A stretch of 43,906 nucleotides of DNA from Tubiluchus corallicola (lineage: Eukaryota; Animalia; Priapulida). The position numbers and the translations under genes were made by a program. A model generated the notes under the pieces. It did no database searches and was not told the origin of the DNA. It was given only the letters and a program-made list of their open reading frames with translations. Each line of letters opens with the position of its first letter. Within the stretch, counting starts at the first letter, position 1. The stretch is taken from positions 1 through 43,906 of the forward strand of contig JAQGDQ010001376.1 in assembly GCA_030141605.1 (NCBI GenBank), written 5' to 3'. Positions 23,766 through 37,500 of this stretch are shown here, one piece after another.

Positions 23766-24716
23766 CATTAGGGCTATTTTAAGACAGATCTGTTAATAGA
23801 GTCATTTAAAAAAAGGAATTACTAGGTTTGCTCGTGCAATATCTACAATTATGGAGACATTTTCCTAAGATGATGTTATGCAAGATACGAGTGAAATTCA
23901 AGGTATCTTCACATCTGCACGTCATTGTAGAATACCTTCAACAAACGCATCTAAAATGTGATACAATAATAATGACAAATTGCAAAAATCATACACTCTA
24001 GCTGTACCGTTCTACAAAAATGCTCTATAATTTGTACAAAATAATGATCTACCCAAAAAGAAGATACCATTTTTCCCGCACCTACGGTCCCTGTAGTTGG
24101 CTGTTTGGGTTGGCAGCTCCATGACGAGAGGGTGTGGCAGCTCCATGATGAGAGGGTGTGTTGTAAAGGTAGATTCTCAGTGCTACCTAAGATTGGCCCT
24201 GTTGTTCACTTAGTTGCAAATCTTCGGCGGTGCATACTAACGTCTTTCAAACAAATTTTTCACACTTGCGTCGTTAGAAGCTGTGCCGTTCTACCAACTG
24301 AAGTTACGCTAACAGCCAAGTCAAATTGGAATCGGCAGAATTGTAACGAGTCTTTCAATTGGCTGTTCAATTCAACAGTAGTTATTCAAAGTACGCCTCG
24401 GTATGAATTAGAAAACAACATCATCAATTTTAAAGATTTTTTAATCGCTTCACAGATTTTACTAAAAATGGGAAATGCTAACCAACGATTCCAGTTGGAC
24501 AACATTATGATATTACTTATTTCAACCCAGAGTTGTACGCTTAAAGTTGACGGTGTGTAGGCGATCTTTACGAACACGAACTTTAGTCACGATTAACAAT
24601 CCTAATATATATTTCTTGTTTCGAATGATTTTGTATGTGTGTAATATTATTATAGCATGTTGTGTGTGCAAACAATGTCGGTTGTGATTAAGCGCATTGT
24701 TCACGTTAATCAGCAG

Positions 24717-25156
24717 CAGGGGTGAGCTTCGAACGTTTGAATTCGATTCGAATGAGTTTTTTTATTCGAATCCGAACCATAAATTAATTAGAATAATTCC
24801 ACACTTCAGACACATGAGTTATTTACCATTAAAATGTTTGAAACTGCACGCAATTAGCACAGTTTATATATATATATATATAAATCTTTATATATAATCT
24901 TTATTTGTTTAAAGTAGATTAACAAAATAGTTAATGCCATGTTTCAAGTCTCTCCGCAATTTAGCTGCAGTTTCTGTGCAAAATTTTAAACAAGCTAATC
25001 GTGGTTTTACTGTCGAACAAAATCAAGCAATATGCATTATCTTTGTAAGACCACTTTTGACTAGTGAATTCGAAATACCAAAATTCGGTTCAATGCTAAT
25101 TTGAAAGTCACAAATTCGATTCGAATTCGCTTTCCGGTAGAGAACGCTCGCCCCTA
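24717..25156. mobile_element. hAT MITE (mirror of 12808..13247)
   Basis: Same TIRs and TSD in reverse complement. Confidence 0.85.
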
Positions 25157-25166
25157 ATCTGCAGTA

Positions 25167-26127
25167 CAGTCAAACTTCGTTATACACCCCCGCCTGCCCG
25201 CCCGACCACCCGCTTTGGGACAGGAAAAAATGTTGCCGTTACGACGAGGTGTGTCAAATTCCACCCCAGACGAATCACAAAACAATCAGACAAGTGAACA
25301 CGGGTTAAAGTCCTTAGTTTTCACTCTAAAGGGTAAGTAATTATAAGAAAATTATTAAATTAATCACATTTTGCTTATACAAACACGTCTTGTACTTGAC
25401 TACATCATCTGTAGGCCTACTACTCCAGATGTAAAATGTAAAAAAATATGAAATCATAATTACGAATTCCTTCCTGATCCTTTCTAGGATGATTCCTAGA
25501 AAATAAGCAAATATCGCATTTCTTATGGCAAAACAGAATCGGATGTTTTCTGTCAGTTGCTGCATGACTGCGTGATGCATTGACAATAATATCAGAGCAT
25601 TCAGTCGTATATACTAATTTTGCTGGTATGTTATATATATATAAGATTCGTGGCTACAGCTTCGACGACGGCACCATTTGCGGCGATCTATACATCAAAC
25701 GAAAGGTCTCGATCTATTTTTCGAATCGGGCCCACCGGGACGAAAAACCTCCAAAATGGCCATTTTTCGGCTGTTTTTTGCAAAACTTGTACCTCTTATT
25801 TCTGAAGAACGGGAACGGGCCGGGGGCGGTGCCGGCTACGGTTAGATAGCCCATTCAGCGGTGGGTGTAGTAGGCATATTTAGAATTCGCGAGAGGGCCA
25901 CGGCGTCTCGCAACGGACGTTTTCCCGGACCCAACTCCCAATATTTTCGAAATTTTGGCCTTCCAAAACATGACAGAGATTGCATAAACACTGGTCCCTA
26001 GGGATGCCTATCTTCCTATTTCAACCTTCAAACTGTGTGAACCTACCTTTAATCTTTAATCTCACAAGGTCTTCGTAACTTTTCGTAAAATTGGATAATT
26101 GGGGGAGGTATAACGAAGGTTTGACTG
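25167..26127. mobile_element. Tc1/mariner-type MITE, complete copy
   Basis: TIRs CAGTCAAACTTCGTTATAC/GTATAACGAAGGTTTGACTG, TA on both sides. Confidence 0.75.
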
Positions 26128-27407
26128 TATAAAAATATGTCACATAATGGGCTCTCTTGTGATTTTATTCACTAATGAGTGTAAAAATGAAATTGTTAAG
26201 ACATTTAGTGAGTTACAAATCGGAAACATCAGCAAAAGTAATGATTATTGTTAGAAAATAAATTATTGATTTTGAATTTGCTCGATTACCTTTCGTTACG
26301 TAATACACGGGAAGTTCATTAGTGATAGAAATAACTCAAGAGGTTGGAAAAGATCTCGAATGTTTCGTAGGATATTAGGATGGTTGCTCTCGTAAAACGT
26401 GGATTATAAGCATTTATGCAGTTACGTACATGTAAAAAGATATAATAAAATAAAAAAATATATATGAAATTTTTAATGCTTTATGAAATTCATTTAGCGT
26501 GTTTAACCAGGGGCATATAAACCAATAGGCTAACTAGGAAATTCTTATTCTCCTCAGAAAATGTGTATACTTTCATATTTACATAAATGGCGCAATTTAT
26601 AGCACACCACAAGCAGTTGCTGAGAGGAGCTTCTATATAAATGTCACATAGCAAACAGTGCAAGGTAATACACAACAAACAGTTGTGCAACGTAGTTAAA
26701 TATAAGCACTACACAATTATATCTAATTAATAATGTAGAAATTAGGTTAATAATGTGTCTAATACACCACAAGTAATTGTTTAATCTGCTCATTACATAA
26801 GCATAAATTCACAATAAATACGAGTAGGACGGTACTATCAGCCTAAGGCATTGTTAAATCTTGATACACCCCTGTGTCTGACGAGCAACACAAATAAAGT
26901 GACATTGTCTTAGACTGGCACACATCCTAAATCATTTATCCAATAAAAGTGCTCTAAACAAGTAATTACTTCTTGAGTACCCCACGGGTCATTTGCAGCT
27001 TGGCATCTTGTGTACTTAATAATAAATATGTTATTAAATACTTTTATGTACAATGCTGTAATGATCGTTGTGGATATATCTAATAAATAAGAAAATTGTC
27101 TAGAAAGTATTCCTAAAAGTGTTTACATTCTTAAGTACATAAACTGAAATCTGCAAATACTCAAATAGAGACATCTAGTGGGCAATAAGGTAAACAACCT
27201 ACACATTGCAACTATAGCAGAATGGTACAAATGCCAAGCGTTGATGAAATCACATTTGTTACCAAGGCAACCAAACACATTTCTCCTAAAAATGTCCTCC
27301 TCTTCTGCATCAATAAACCTTTTCACAGTTTCGTTGTGCGCATGCGCAGTTGCTGTAAGTGAAAGGTTAAGTGTACCACAGCAACGCGTCTTAAGTACAA
27401 CCGTCAC

Positions 27408-27710
27408 TTGACGTGTGGATAAAGCAATGCCGTCTGCCACGTCAGTTCAGGAACTTCAGTTGTTTTACGTGAACTTTACTTAATTATGCATTAGACTGTG
27501 CGTGGAGTGACGTGTGGATAAAGCAAGGCCGTCTGCCACGTCAGTTCAGGAACTTCAGTTGCTTTATGTGCACTTTACTTAATTATGCATTAGACTGTGC
27601 GTAGAGTGACGTGTGGATAAAGCAAAGCCGTCTGCCACGTCAGTTCAGGAACTTCAGTCGCTTTATGTGCACATTACTTAATTATGCATAGACTGTGCGT
27701 AGAGTGATTT
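27408..27710. repeat. ~100-bp unit x3 within a dispersed repeat family (relatives at ~18250..18510 and ~29610..29725 reverse)
   Basis: GACGTGTGGATAAAGCAA..GCCGTCTGCCACGTCAGTTCAGGAACTTCAG repeated three times. Confidence 0.85.
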
Positions 27711-27977
27711 ACTAGCAGGATTTTGCTTGGGAACTAGGTAAGGTTCTATCTAGCTGTTAAAACTGCTACTATTACAACAGCATGGGCTGCGAGACGTTGT
27801 CAAGTGTACCCAAATGTGTTCTCAGGTTAACTTGACCTTTGATCGATCGTCATCAATCAGTGGAAGTGTGAAAAGGTTTATTGTCAACATAAGCACAACA
27901 GTTTGCTTTGTATTTAAATAACATTTGCACATTCACATGGCAGATTCCATCGGATAAGACATGATTAACAGCCATAA

Positions 27978-28446
27978 CAGGGATGAGAATGACAAATTGC
28001 AAAAAACTCTGAAACAGGCCGTAGGCAGCAACAAATTGCAATTTTGTGACCATAGAGAATCTCTAAGTGGACTTAAAATATCAATTAGCTTGTTTCATGC
28101 ATAATTTAAAATACCCAACTATCAAGGATACATGATACCTAAATGTCTCAAAAACGTCTAAGTACTGACCGCTCCTATGCAAAAGTATATAAAAACTGTC
28201 TGCAATTGACTCAAATAACTCCGCACAATTGATTCTATATCTTTATACATAGAGATATACACGTGGTCACACTGATGTACGTGATGTAAACAAAGTGACA
28301 TCCTGCCACCTAGCGGTCAGCTTGTGAAATAATGTACTGGGTCCATAAAAATTTCCTCAACGAATTTACGCGATTTACAAAAAATGGCACTACTGGTCTT
28401 CCAAAAACTCGGAATTCCGCGTATCCGCGGAAAATTCTCATCCCTG
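27978..28446 (+). mobile_element. hAT-like MITE
   Basis: 13-bp TIR CAGGGATGAGAAT/ATTCTCATCCCTG. Flanks share only CATAA. Confidence 0.85.
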
Positions 28447-28592
28447 CATAAAAATACTTACATCATGGAATTATTAACTGACATTGAACTGAATTGAGAC
28501 AATTTTAATAATTTTAATAACCCATGTAGCACATTACTGCACTACTGACAGTAGCAAACAATGTCAAATACTGAAGCAATCACTGGCTAGGA

Positions 28593-31500
28593 TCATTCCT
28601 GTCTCTGCTGCTCCACAAATTCAGTAAGCATGGAATTCTCCAGGGGAATCTGCAGATACTCCATCCCGTCAACTCCCTGAAATGCGCAGAAAATTTGAGA
28701 GAGTGCATCTTTTGCTATATAAAATAACAGAATTTTAACACAGCTTTATAAAAGCATTAACACGGCTTCACAATAGGCTTTAACACTGCTTCACAATAGG
28801 CTTTAACACTGCTTGGCAACAGTAATAGGCTTTCCAAATGTTTTATATAAGTGCCACATAACAAACAGGTGCAAGGCCATTAATAATGACACGTAGAAAC
28901 TAGGTTAATAGTATTTCTAATACACCACAAGTAGTTGTTTAATCAGCTCATTACATAAACAGCCATAACTTCACAATAGATACAGGCAGGACAGTACTAT
29001 CAGCCTAGGGCATCGTAAAGTCTTCCTGATTGTTGATATTTGTAAGAAAAATTATTATCAAGTGCAGAGCTCTCGTTATGTTTGCAATAAATGATAATAG
29101 ATGGCAGCAGAAGAGTTAGCAATACTGCCTCTGCACCTGGCAAAAAACAAATCAACTTTTTACATGTAACAAAGACAAGATAGTTTTCCAAGCGAACTTT
29201 GCGAAGCGCCAAATCAGCTCTCTGATCACGAAACATTTGGCGCTTAGAACAAAAATATTTAACATTCGCACCTTCCGTGATTTCAAGAGATTGTGATCCC
29301 GAAACTCGATTAGCTGTGCCCGGAGGGTTATCTCGCTGTTTACTAAAAATGCCTCCCGACATTTCTGGTAGCAATCTTGGAATGAAAGACCTGGAAGTAA
29401 ACAAAAAAAGTAAACAATACGCTAGCCCATAAACAGAGGTTGAAGCGACATCAGCTTATAACACTTGCTTTTTATTCCAGTAGATAGCAGCACAATATCT
29501 ACATATATTTACACCCCAAATGAAGTTACAAAATGCAGATTTCAAGAATCTGCACTTGGAAGCAGAAGTTAAGCAGTGATGAGCCCCGTCAAAGAATGCA
29601 TGGTAACCACTGCTAGTAAATCACTCTACGCACAGACTAATGATCATAATTAAGTAAAAAATCCACATAAAACTGACGTTACTGAACTGATGCGGCAGAG
29701 AGCTTTGCTTTTCTCACATGTCAGATGACAGTTGTAGTTAATACGCATTCCTATGGTACAATTAACATTTGACCTTTGACCTACAACAACTCCACGTGCA
29801 CACAACGTGTGAAACTGTGAAAAGGCTTGCTGTATAGTATAAACAGACCACGAGCTTTTGAAGTATTGTTCCATACGACTGCTAGCAATCTCTCTGTTCA
29901 CTTGTGTGGCATTTAAATCTATAAGCATATGTGATAACACTGGGGGAAATGAGTACACTGCAGTGTTACCAGTGTCAGGGAAAATCCTGGAAAATACAGG
30001 CTATCCTGGAAAATCAGGGAAAAAATAATTTGGTAAAAAGTTAGGGAAAATTACGAAAACCCAAAAATCAAGAAAATTGGAAAGGGTTGCAAAAATAATC
30101 ACCAGGAACTGATATTTTTCCAAACATATTTTTCCCTGATTCGTGTTCAAATAAAATTTTCCCATGACAGGCTCCCAGTTTCAATTTCTGTTCCAGAAAT
30201 AATGATTGGCCGACACATTATATGTCAGTATATGTATGAATGTCCATATACAAAAATGTTTGAATATGTTTACTGGTAATGCAATTTCTGCTGATCTTGG
30301 TCATGGAAAATCAATATTTGGTCAGGGAAAAGTCAGGGAAGTTTATTTTAAAATCCTGTGGAAACCCTGGTACAGCCATGATTCGGTCAAAGCCATGTTC
30401 CTGTAGCAAGAAAAGAGGAGCTTACCGACGTATCCCGGAGAATCCTTCTCCTCCACCTGGTGTTGAGCAAGAAGCATGAAAATACCCCGAGCATTCGGTG
30501 TCAGACTGTGATAAACGTGAGTGAGCGAACTCAAGGCTAACACGCCTAAAATTAAGAAACAATGCAGTATAGACACGAGCTAAACTACATGATTACAGTC
30601 ATCTACGTTATCAATTCTGTCTGTCTGTCTGTCTATCTGTATGTTGCCACTTTTAATTCAGCTTTGTGGTCATTTAGGAAGCTGATACTTGGCACATGGG
30701 TAGGGTATGACTCAAACTCGGAACCCATCTCTTTTGTTATCGGTTTTGTCTGTCTGTCTGTCTGTCACCACTTTTTCTTAGCTTTGGGGTAACTTGGAGC
30801 ATATCTCTTTTGTTATCGGTTCTGTCTGTCTGTCTCTCTGTCTGTCTGTCACCATTTTTTCTTAGCTTTTTTGTAATCTAGGAAGTTAATACTTGACATG
30901 CTGGTAAGGTATGACTCAAACTCGGAACCTATTTATTTTTGAATAAATCGGTACAGATTTGAGGCTAAGGAGTGACTTAAACTCAGAGTCATGATGTGCC
31001 ATTTTTGTGCTCATCTTCCTGTTGCCATTTTGGATTTCAAAATGGCTGCCACTAACATTTAAAAATTAAGCTTGCTACTGCATTAATCATAGACATTCAA
31101 TTCTTTTCACAAGTAAGGGGTGGGGTGCGTGGCTAAGTCACGTTACAGGGTCAAAATCAATTCAGATGCTGCTTTAATGAATTTTGATACCAGAACTTAT
31201 GACAACAAATTATTGGAAAGCAATTCTAACCACACTTAGGCTCACAAAGCACTGACTAAACTACAAGTTAGTATGCAAAAATAAGTACTATAAAGCGAAC
31301 CTACGTTGTTGCATACATACTGCTCACAAAGCACTGACTAAACAACAGTTAGTATACGTAAACAAGTACTATAAAACGAACCTACGTTGTCGCATACATA
31401 CCACTCACAAAGTACTGACTAAACAACAAGTTAGCATGCAAAAATAAGTACTATAAAACAAACCTACGTTGTTGCATACAGACCGCTCACAAAGCACTGA

Positions 31501-34500
31501 CTAAACAACAAGTTAGTATGCGAAAATAAGTACTATAAAGCGAACCTACATTGTTGCACACATACCGCTCACAAAGTACTGACTAAACAACAAGTTAGTA
31601 TGTGTAAACAAGTACTATAAAACGAACATACGTTGTCGCATACATACCCGACTGCTGAACTAGCAAAGAATTCTCGTAGGACGTCTCCTGTGCGTAAGGT
31701 TCAAACGTCGTCACGTCGTACCACAGCCAGTTAAACCTGCTCGCCTTGTGCTGATCCCAGACTGGAATTAAAAACACGAAAAACATGGCAGCCGACATTG
31801 TTTGGATGAACACCAGCACCCCTGTTGAGAAACGAGTTCATCGTTACTGCTAACCCCGGTCGGACTGCTTAGATCTGAGCCAGCAAAGGTTCATTAGTTA
31901 ATATAAGTGATCAATGCCCATATATTATAATATAAGTGATATATTATATATAATATAATATAATATAGTATAGTATAGTATAGTATAGTATAGTATAGTA
32001 TAGTATAGTATAGTATAGTATAGTATAGTATAGTATAGTATAGTATAGTATAGTATAGTATAGTATAGTATAGTATAGTATAGTATAGTATAGTATAGTA
32101 TAGTATAGTATAGTATAGTATAGTATAGTATAGTATAGTATAGTATAGTATAGTATAGTATAGTATAGTATAATATAATATAATATGTAATATAGTATAA
32201 TATAATATAATATAAGTGATATATTAGTGATCAATGCCCATATGGACCATTTCTACGAGTTCATTAATTTTGTATAGGGTTACCATACGTCCGGGTTTCC
32301 CCGGACACGTCCTCTTTGTGGGCCTCTGTCCGGGCGGGTTTTCAAAAAATCGGCAGTTTGTCCGGGTTTTGCCTCAATTCGTAAGTATCTACGGACGTTG
32401 CCAACTGAGAGGCATACGACAGTACGAGACAAAGAAAAGCTCGTTAATTTTCAATACAAGATGTTGCTAACATTTCAAAATGCAACCCTTGTAAAAGCTT
32501 TGTGTACATATTTACTGAACAAAAGTAAGCGATGCGCACATCACTATGGGTCACATGACTCGCACTGCTGTCGATACTCGGCGTATTCGCTAACGACTTA
32601 AAAAATGGCGTCGGCTTCCAGGAGCCATTTTGTTTGTTTCTACGTGAATTTCTTTAACTCTGTACAGTTTCGCTGTTTTGCAGTTTTGAGCGTAACTGAT
32701 AAAAGTTAATTAGAAAGTATCAATGCCGAAACGACAGTGTGCATTTACAGATGAAATGAAGGCCAAGTACCCGTGTTTTTGCGCAGGTCCATATTACTGG
32801 GAAGCCGAATTCTCAACACGTGGTCCTCTTTTTCAAATCAGACAATATGGTAACCCTAATTTTGGTTGAGTTGAAGACACTAAACCAGTCAGAATCCAAC
32901 ACGCTTACTGAGTTATAGACGATATTCAATCAGTTTAATTGCATTAATAAACCTCTTATTACTCTTACAGTTTCGTAATATGAAAATTCGTCTCTACAAT
33001 TATTTCTGTAAGATTCAGTCACAACTAAACACTAGAATAATATTAAAATTCAAATTTACCGCTGTGCTCACCCATGAGCTGTCAAACATGTGCACTTCAT
33101 CACAAAAGAACAGCTCTGAACTGAAAGGTACAGCACCTGTTTTTTGTGCAACGCTTTCCAAAATGCAGGCGCTAGTGCTAACTAACTTTACTCATACTAC
33201 TAATTATAACTTACTAACTTTACCTATATAACTAATTATAATTTTACTTACATAAGTTACTATGTTTTCAATAACTTACTTAATGGTGCGTTGATGTGAT
33301 CAATGGAAGCCAACACGTGAAATCTCGGTAACTCCGCCAGCATACCCAGCACCGTTTGAACTCGGTCACCACGAATTGCAGCTCCATCTATGTTGTGAAT
33401 TAGCAGATAGAATTCATCTTCTGAAGAAAGTAAAAGCTAAATTTATCAACTCCTTCAGGACCGGAAGAGCTTGCTACATTTTGCATGGCTTCATGAAAAA
33501 CTGCTCTCACTAAGCAGTAATTATATTATATTTGATAATTTTTCTAGGTTTCTACTCCTCGCACAATGGATTTTCATGCAAAATTATATATGAAATACAT
33601 TTGCTTGCCTTAGACAAATTAAAAATCGATTTTTGACGAGAAAATTGAAAAAACTTTTCAGTAACTGCAGTGTTTGCACTGTAACAATGTACAGTTTCAC
33701 TTGTATGAAATCAGCTAATGCAGAAAATTTCAACTATCCAGACACAACACTCTTTTTGGCTTTGGCCTCAAATCTACACTATTTTTAAGGAGAAATTTCT
33801 GTTAAAAAGTGAAACAACATTAATTTTTTCTTGGCTGATCGGTTGGTTTTTCCTGGAAATGTGTACAGCAGACAGTTCTCTTGGGCTGTAGCAAACTAAG
33901 TAGTGTACGATCACGCAAGTGTACGCCAGACTAAGCTACTCAATAGGCTGAGTTGGAGTGACTAAAAAGGGCGTTCTTCTTAATTTTACTCAGTTAAATC
34001 ATGATTGGATAGCCGAGATTCTCCTGACTAGAACAGCACGTAATTTTTAATCATTTAGTTATGTCTGTACTCATACAGTAGCAGAAAAGTCACATGTCTT
34101 ATGAGATTTATTTTGAATGGTGTGATTCTGAAGGAGTTAATTAAACTACGATTATCCAAAAATCAAAATCTTTATTGATTATTAATTTATAATGGAAAAC
34201 TTTTTCTGTAAATTGGTGATACAGAATCTGTTATTGGATCAGAATCAATATTTTTGACGGATCAGTGTCAGTTGCTTGTTGTATAAGATAAACTATTTTT
34301 CTAAATTTTACTGTGAATCAGCTGCTTAAAGATAAACAATTTTTCTAAATTTTTACTGTGAATCAGCTGCTTAAAGTCAAACTATTTTTGTAAATTTTTA
34401 CTGTGAATCAACAGCTTAAAGATAAACTATTTTTCTAAATTTTACTGTGAATCAGCTGCTTAAAGATAAACTATTTTTCTAAATTTTTACTGTGAATCAA

Positions 34501-37500
34501 CTGCTTAAAGTCAAACTATTTTTGTAAAGTTTTACTGTGAATCAGCTGCTTAAAGATAAACAATTTTTCTAAATTTTTACTGTGAATCAGCTGCTTAAAG
34601 TCAAACTATTTTTGTAAATTTTTACTGTGAATCAACAGCTTAAAGATAAACAATTTTTCTAAATTTTACTGTGAATCAGCTGCTTAAAGATAAACTATTT
34701 TTCTAAATTTTTACTGTGAATCAGCTGCTTAAAGTCAAACTATTTTTGTAAATTTTTACTGTGAATCAACAGCTTAAAGATAAACTATTTTTCTAAATTT
34801 TACTGTGAATCAGCTGCTTAAAGATAAACTATTTTTCTAAATTTTTACTGTGAATCAACTGCTTAAAGTCAAACTATTTTTGCAAAGTTTTACTGTGAAT
34901 CAACAGCCTAAAGATAAACAATTTTTCTAAATTTTACTGTGAATCAGCTGCTTAAAGATAAACTATTTTTCTAAATTTTTACTGTGAATCAACTGCTCAA
35001 AGATAAACTATTTTTCTAAATTTTTTACAGTGAATCAACTGCTTAAAGATAAACTATTTTTCTAAATTTTTACTGTGAATCAGCTGCTTAAAGTCAAACT
35101 ATTTTTGTAAATTTTTACTGTGAATCAACAGCTTAAAGATAAACTATTTTTCTAAATTTTACTGTGAATCAGCTGCTTAAAGATAAACTATTTTTCTAAA
35201 TTTTTACTGTGAATCAACTGCTTAAAGTCAAACTATTTTTGCAAAGTTTTACTGTGAATCAACAGCTTAAAGATAAACAATTTTTCTAAATTTTACTGTG
35301 AATCAGCTGCTTAAAGATAAACTATTTTTCTAAATTTTTACTGTGAATCAACTGCTTAATGATGAACTATTTTTTTAAATTTTTACTGTGAATCAACTGC
35401 TTAATGATGAACTATTTTTCTAAATTTTTACTGTGAATCAATAGCTTAAAGATAAACTATTTTTCTAAATTTTTACTGTGAATCAACTGCTTAATGATGA
35501 AGTATTTTTTTAAATTTTTACTGTCAATCAACTGCTTAAAGATAAACTATTTTTCTAAATTTTTACAGTGAATCAACTGCTTAAAGATAAACTATTTTTC
35601 TAAATTTTTACTGTGAATCAGCTGCTTAAAGTCAAACTATTTTTGTAAATTTTTACTGTGAATCAACAGCTTAAAGATAAACTATTTTTCTAAATTTTAC
35701 TGTGAATCAGCTGCTTAAAGATAAACTATTTTTCTAAATTTTTACTGTGAATCAACTGCTTAAAGTCAAACTATTTTTGTAAAGTTTTACTGTGAATCAA
35801 CAGCTTAAAGATAAACAATTTTTCTAAATTTTACTGTGAATCAGCTGCTTAAAGATAAACTATTTTTCTAAATTTTTACTGTGAATCAACTGCTTAATGA
35901 TGAACTATTTTTTTAAATTTTTACTGTGAATCAACTGCTTAATGATGAACTATTTTTCTAAATTTTTACTGTAAATCAATAGCTTAAAGATAAACTATTT
36001 TTCTAAATTTTTACTGTGAATCAACTGCTTAATGATGAACTATTTTTTTAAATTTTTACTGTCAATCAACTGCTTAAAGATAAACTATTTTTCTAAATTT
36101 TTACAGTGAATCAACTGCTTAAAGATAAACTATTTTTCTAAATTTTTACTGTTAATCAGCAATCAGAAACAAGTACTGCAATTGTAAAAAACTTGTATTT
36201 TCAAACTCCGATAGTAGCTCATGGAAGCTGTCATTTTGCTTCGGGTTTTTTCTATTGCCAAGCCCAAATCTTCATCAGCAAGAGCCATCTACTGGGTTTA
36301 AACATAACTTCAATTTGCTTCTTGCAAAGTCCATAGCAACCATCATTTGTGCGGTTACTAAGTTTTGTAAAAATGCAACAAAAACAATGGCTGACTTTAA
36401 CACTGATTTTCTCAAGATTATGTTTTTCAGTGTGCAGTCTGCACCTCAACTTCAACGTGGATTATCTCAGCTTAGAAATAACACAGAGTGATGAACTTGG
36501 TATCAAAATGATCCTCATGAAATGGAGATTCAGGATGTGTGAATAACTAGAAAAGCTTAATTGCTAATTTGTGGATGATCTTGCTATGCAATCACACATT
36601 TGCGGTTCATTGTACTTACTATAACTATCAGTAAAGCATTGTTTTATATAATCCACTTGATCTAATGGATTACGATGACAAACTTCCGATCCGAGTGCCT
36701 CTACAGTTATGCAGTCCAAAATCTGAAATGAATCGAAATACGATTGTTAAAAGGGAGAAAAGTTTAGCAAGTCTGTGAGCTGACGTTTCAGAACCATAGA
36801 TAAAAACTTTGGTCATATTTTACTCATTACTTTTTGCCTCTGGTTAAGCTTCTCCTTTAGTGGTCATCTCAACTTGAACTGATCGATTAGTGATCGCTGA
36901 TTGATTTTTGAGTTACTCACTTGGGAAGTAAAGTAAAGTAAAGTGAAGTGAAGTGGAGTGAAGTGAAGTGAAGTGAAGTAAAGTAAAGTAAAGTAAAGTA
37001 AAGTAATACAAAACTCTACCATTTACTTATTGTGATGCAAATAATCCGTACTAAATTTTCGTAAAAATTTGGATTCTATGGCAACCATAACTAATCTATA
37101 ACTTAATAGCAGTTAGCTTACTGTCATCATTTCGGGAGCAGTAACACGTACCTGCCTCACCGTTAGACTGGGAAACAAGGTTTCACACGTACCTGCCTCA
37201 CCGTTAGACTGGGAAACGAGGTTTCACACGTACCTGCCTCACCGTTAGACTGGGAAACGAGGTTTCACACGTACCTGCCTCACCGTTAGACTGGGAAACG
37301 AGGTTTCACACGTACCTGCCTCACCGTTAGACTGGGAAACGAGGTTTCACACGTACCCGCTTCACCGTTAGACTGGGAAACAAGGTTTCACACGTACCCG
37401 CTTCACCGTTAGACTGGGAAACAAGGTTTCACACGTACCTGCCTCACCGTTAGACTGGGAAACGAGGTTTCACACGTACCTGCCTCACCGTTAGACTGGG

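Larger units (their letters stand above)
19708..26000. repeat. Giant inverted repeat IR2, right arm
   Basis: Begins GATGGCTTTGCTTTGCCCACGTC (reverse complement of ~18252..18274). Ends TGCATAAACACTGGTCCCTA (reverse complement of 11956..11975). Confidence 0.97.

Noticed and set aside
29520-29680. Possible C/D snoRNA (GTGATGA ... CTGA) with a small hairpin TGCAGATT/AATCTGCA
   Set aside because: It is antisense to the host gene, has no terminal stem, and overlaps a dispersed repeat.
28677-30425. Apparently missing penultimate ORC2 exon
   Set aside because: It was found at 29390..29272 ([20 protein letters not shown]...) in a frame not shown by the ORF track.
31944-32234. YYTIL-repeat ORF
   Set aside because: It is a translation of (TATAG)n.
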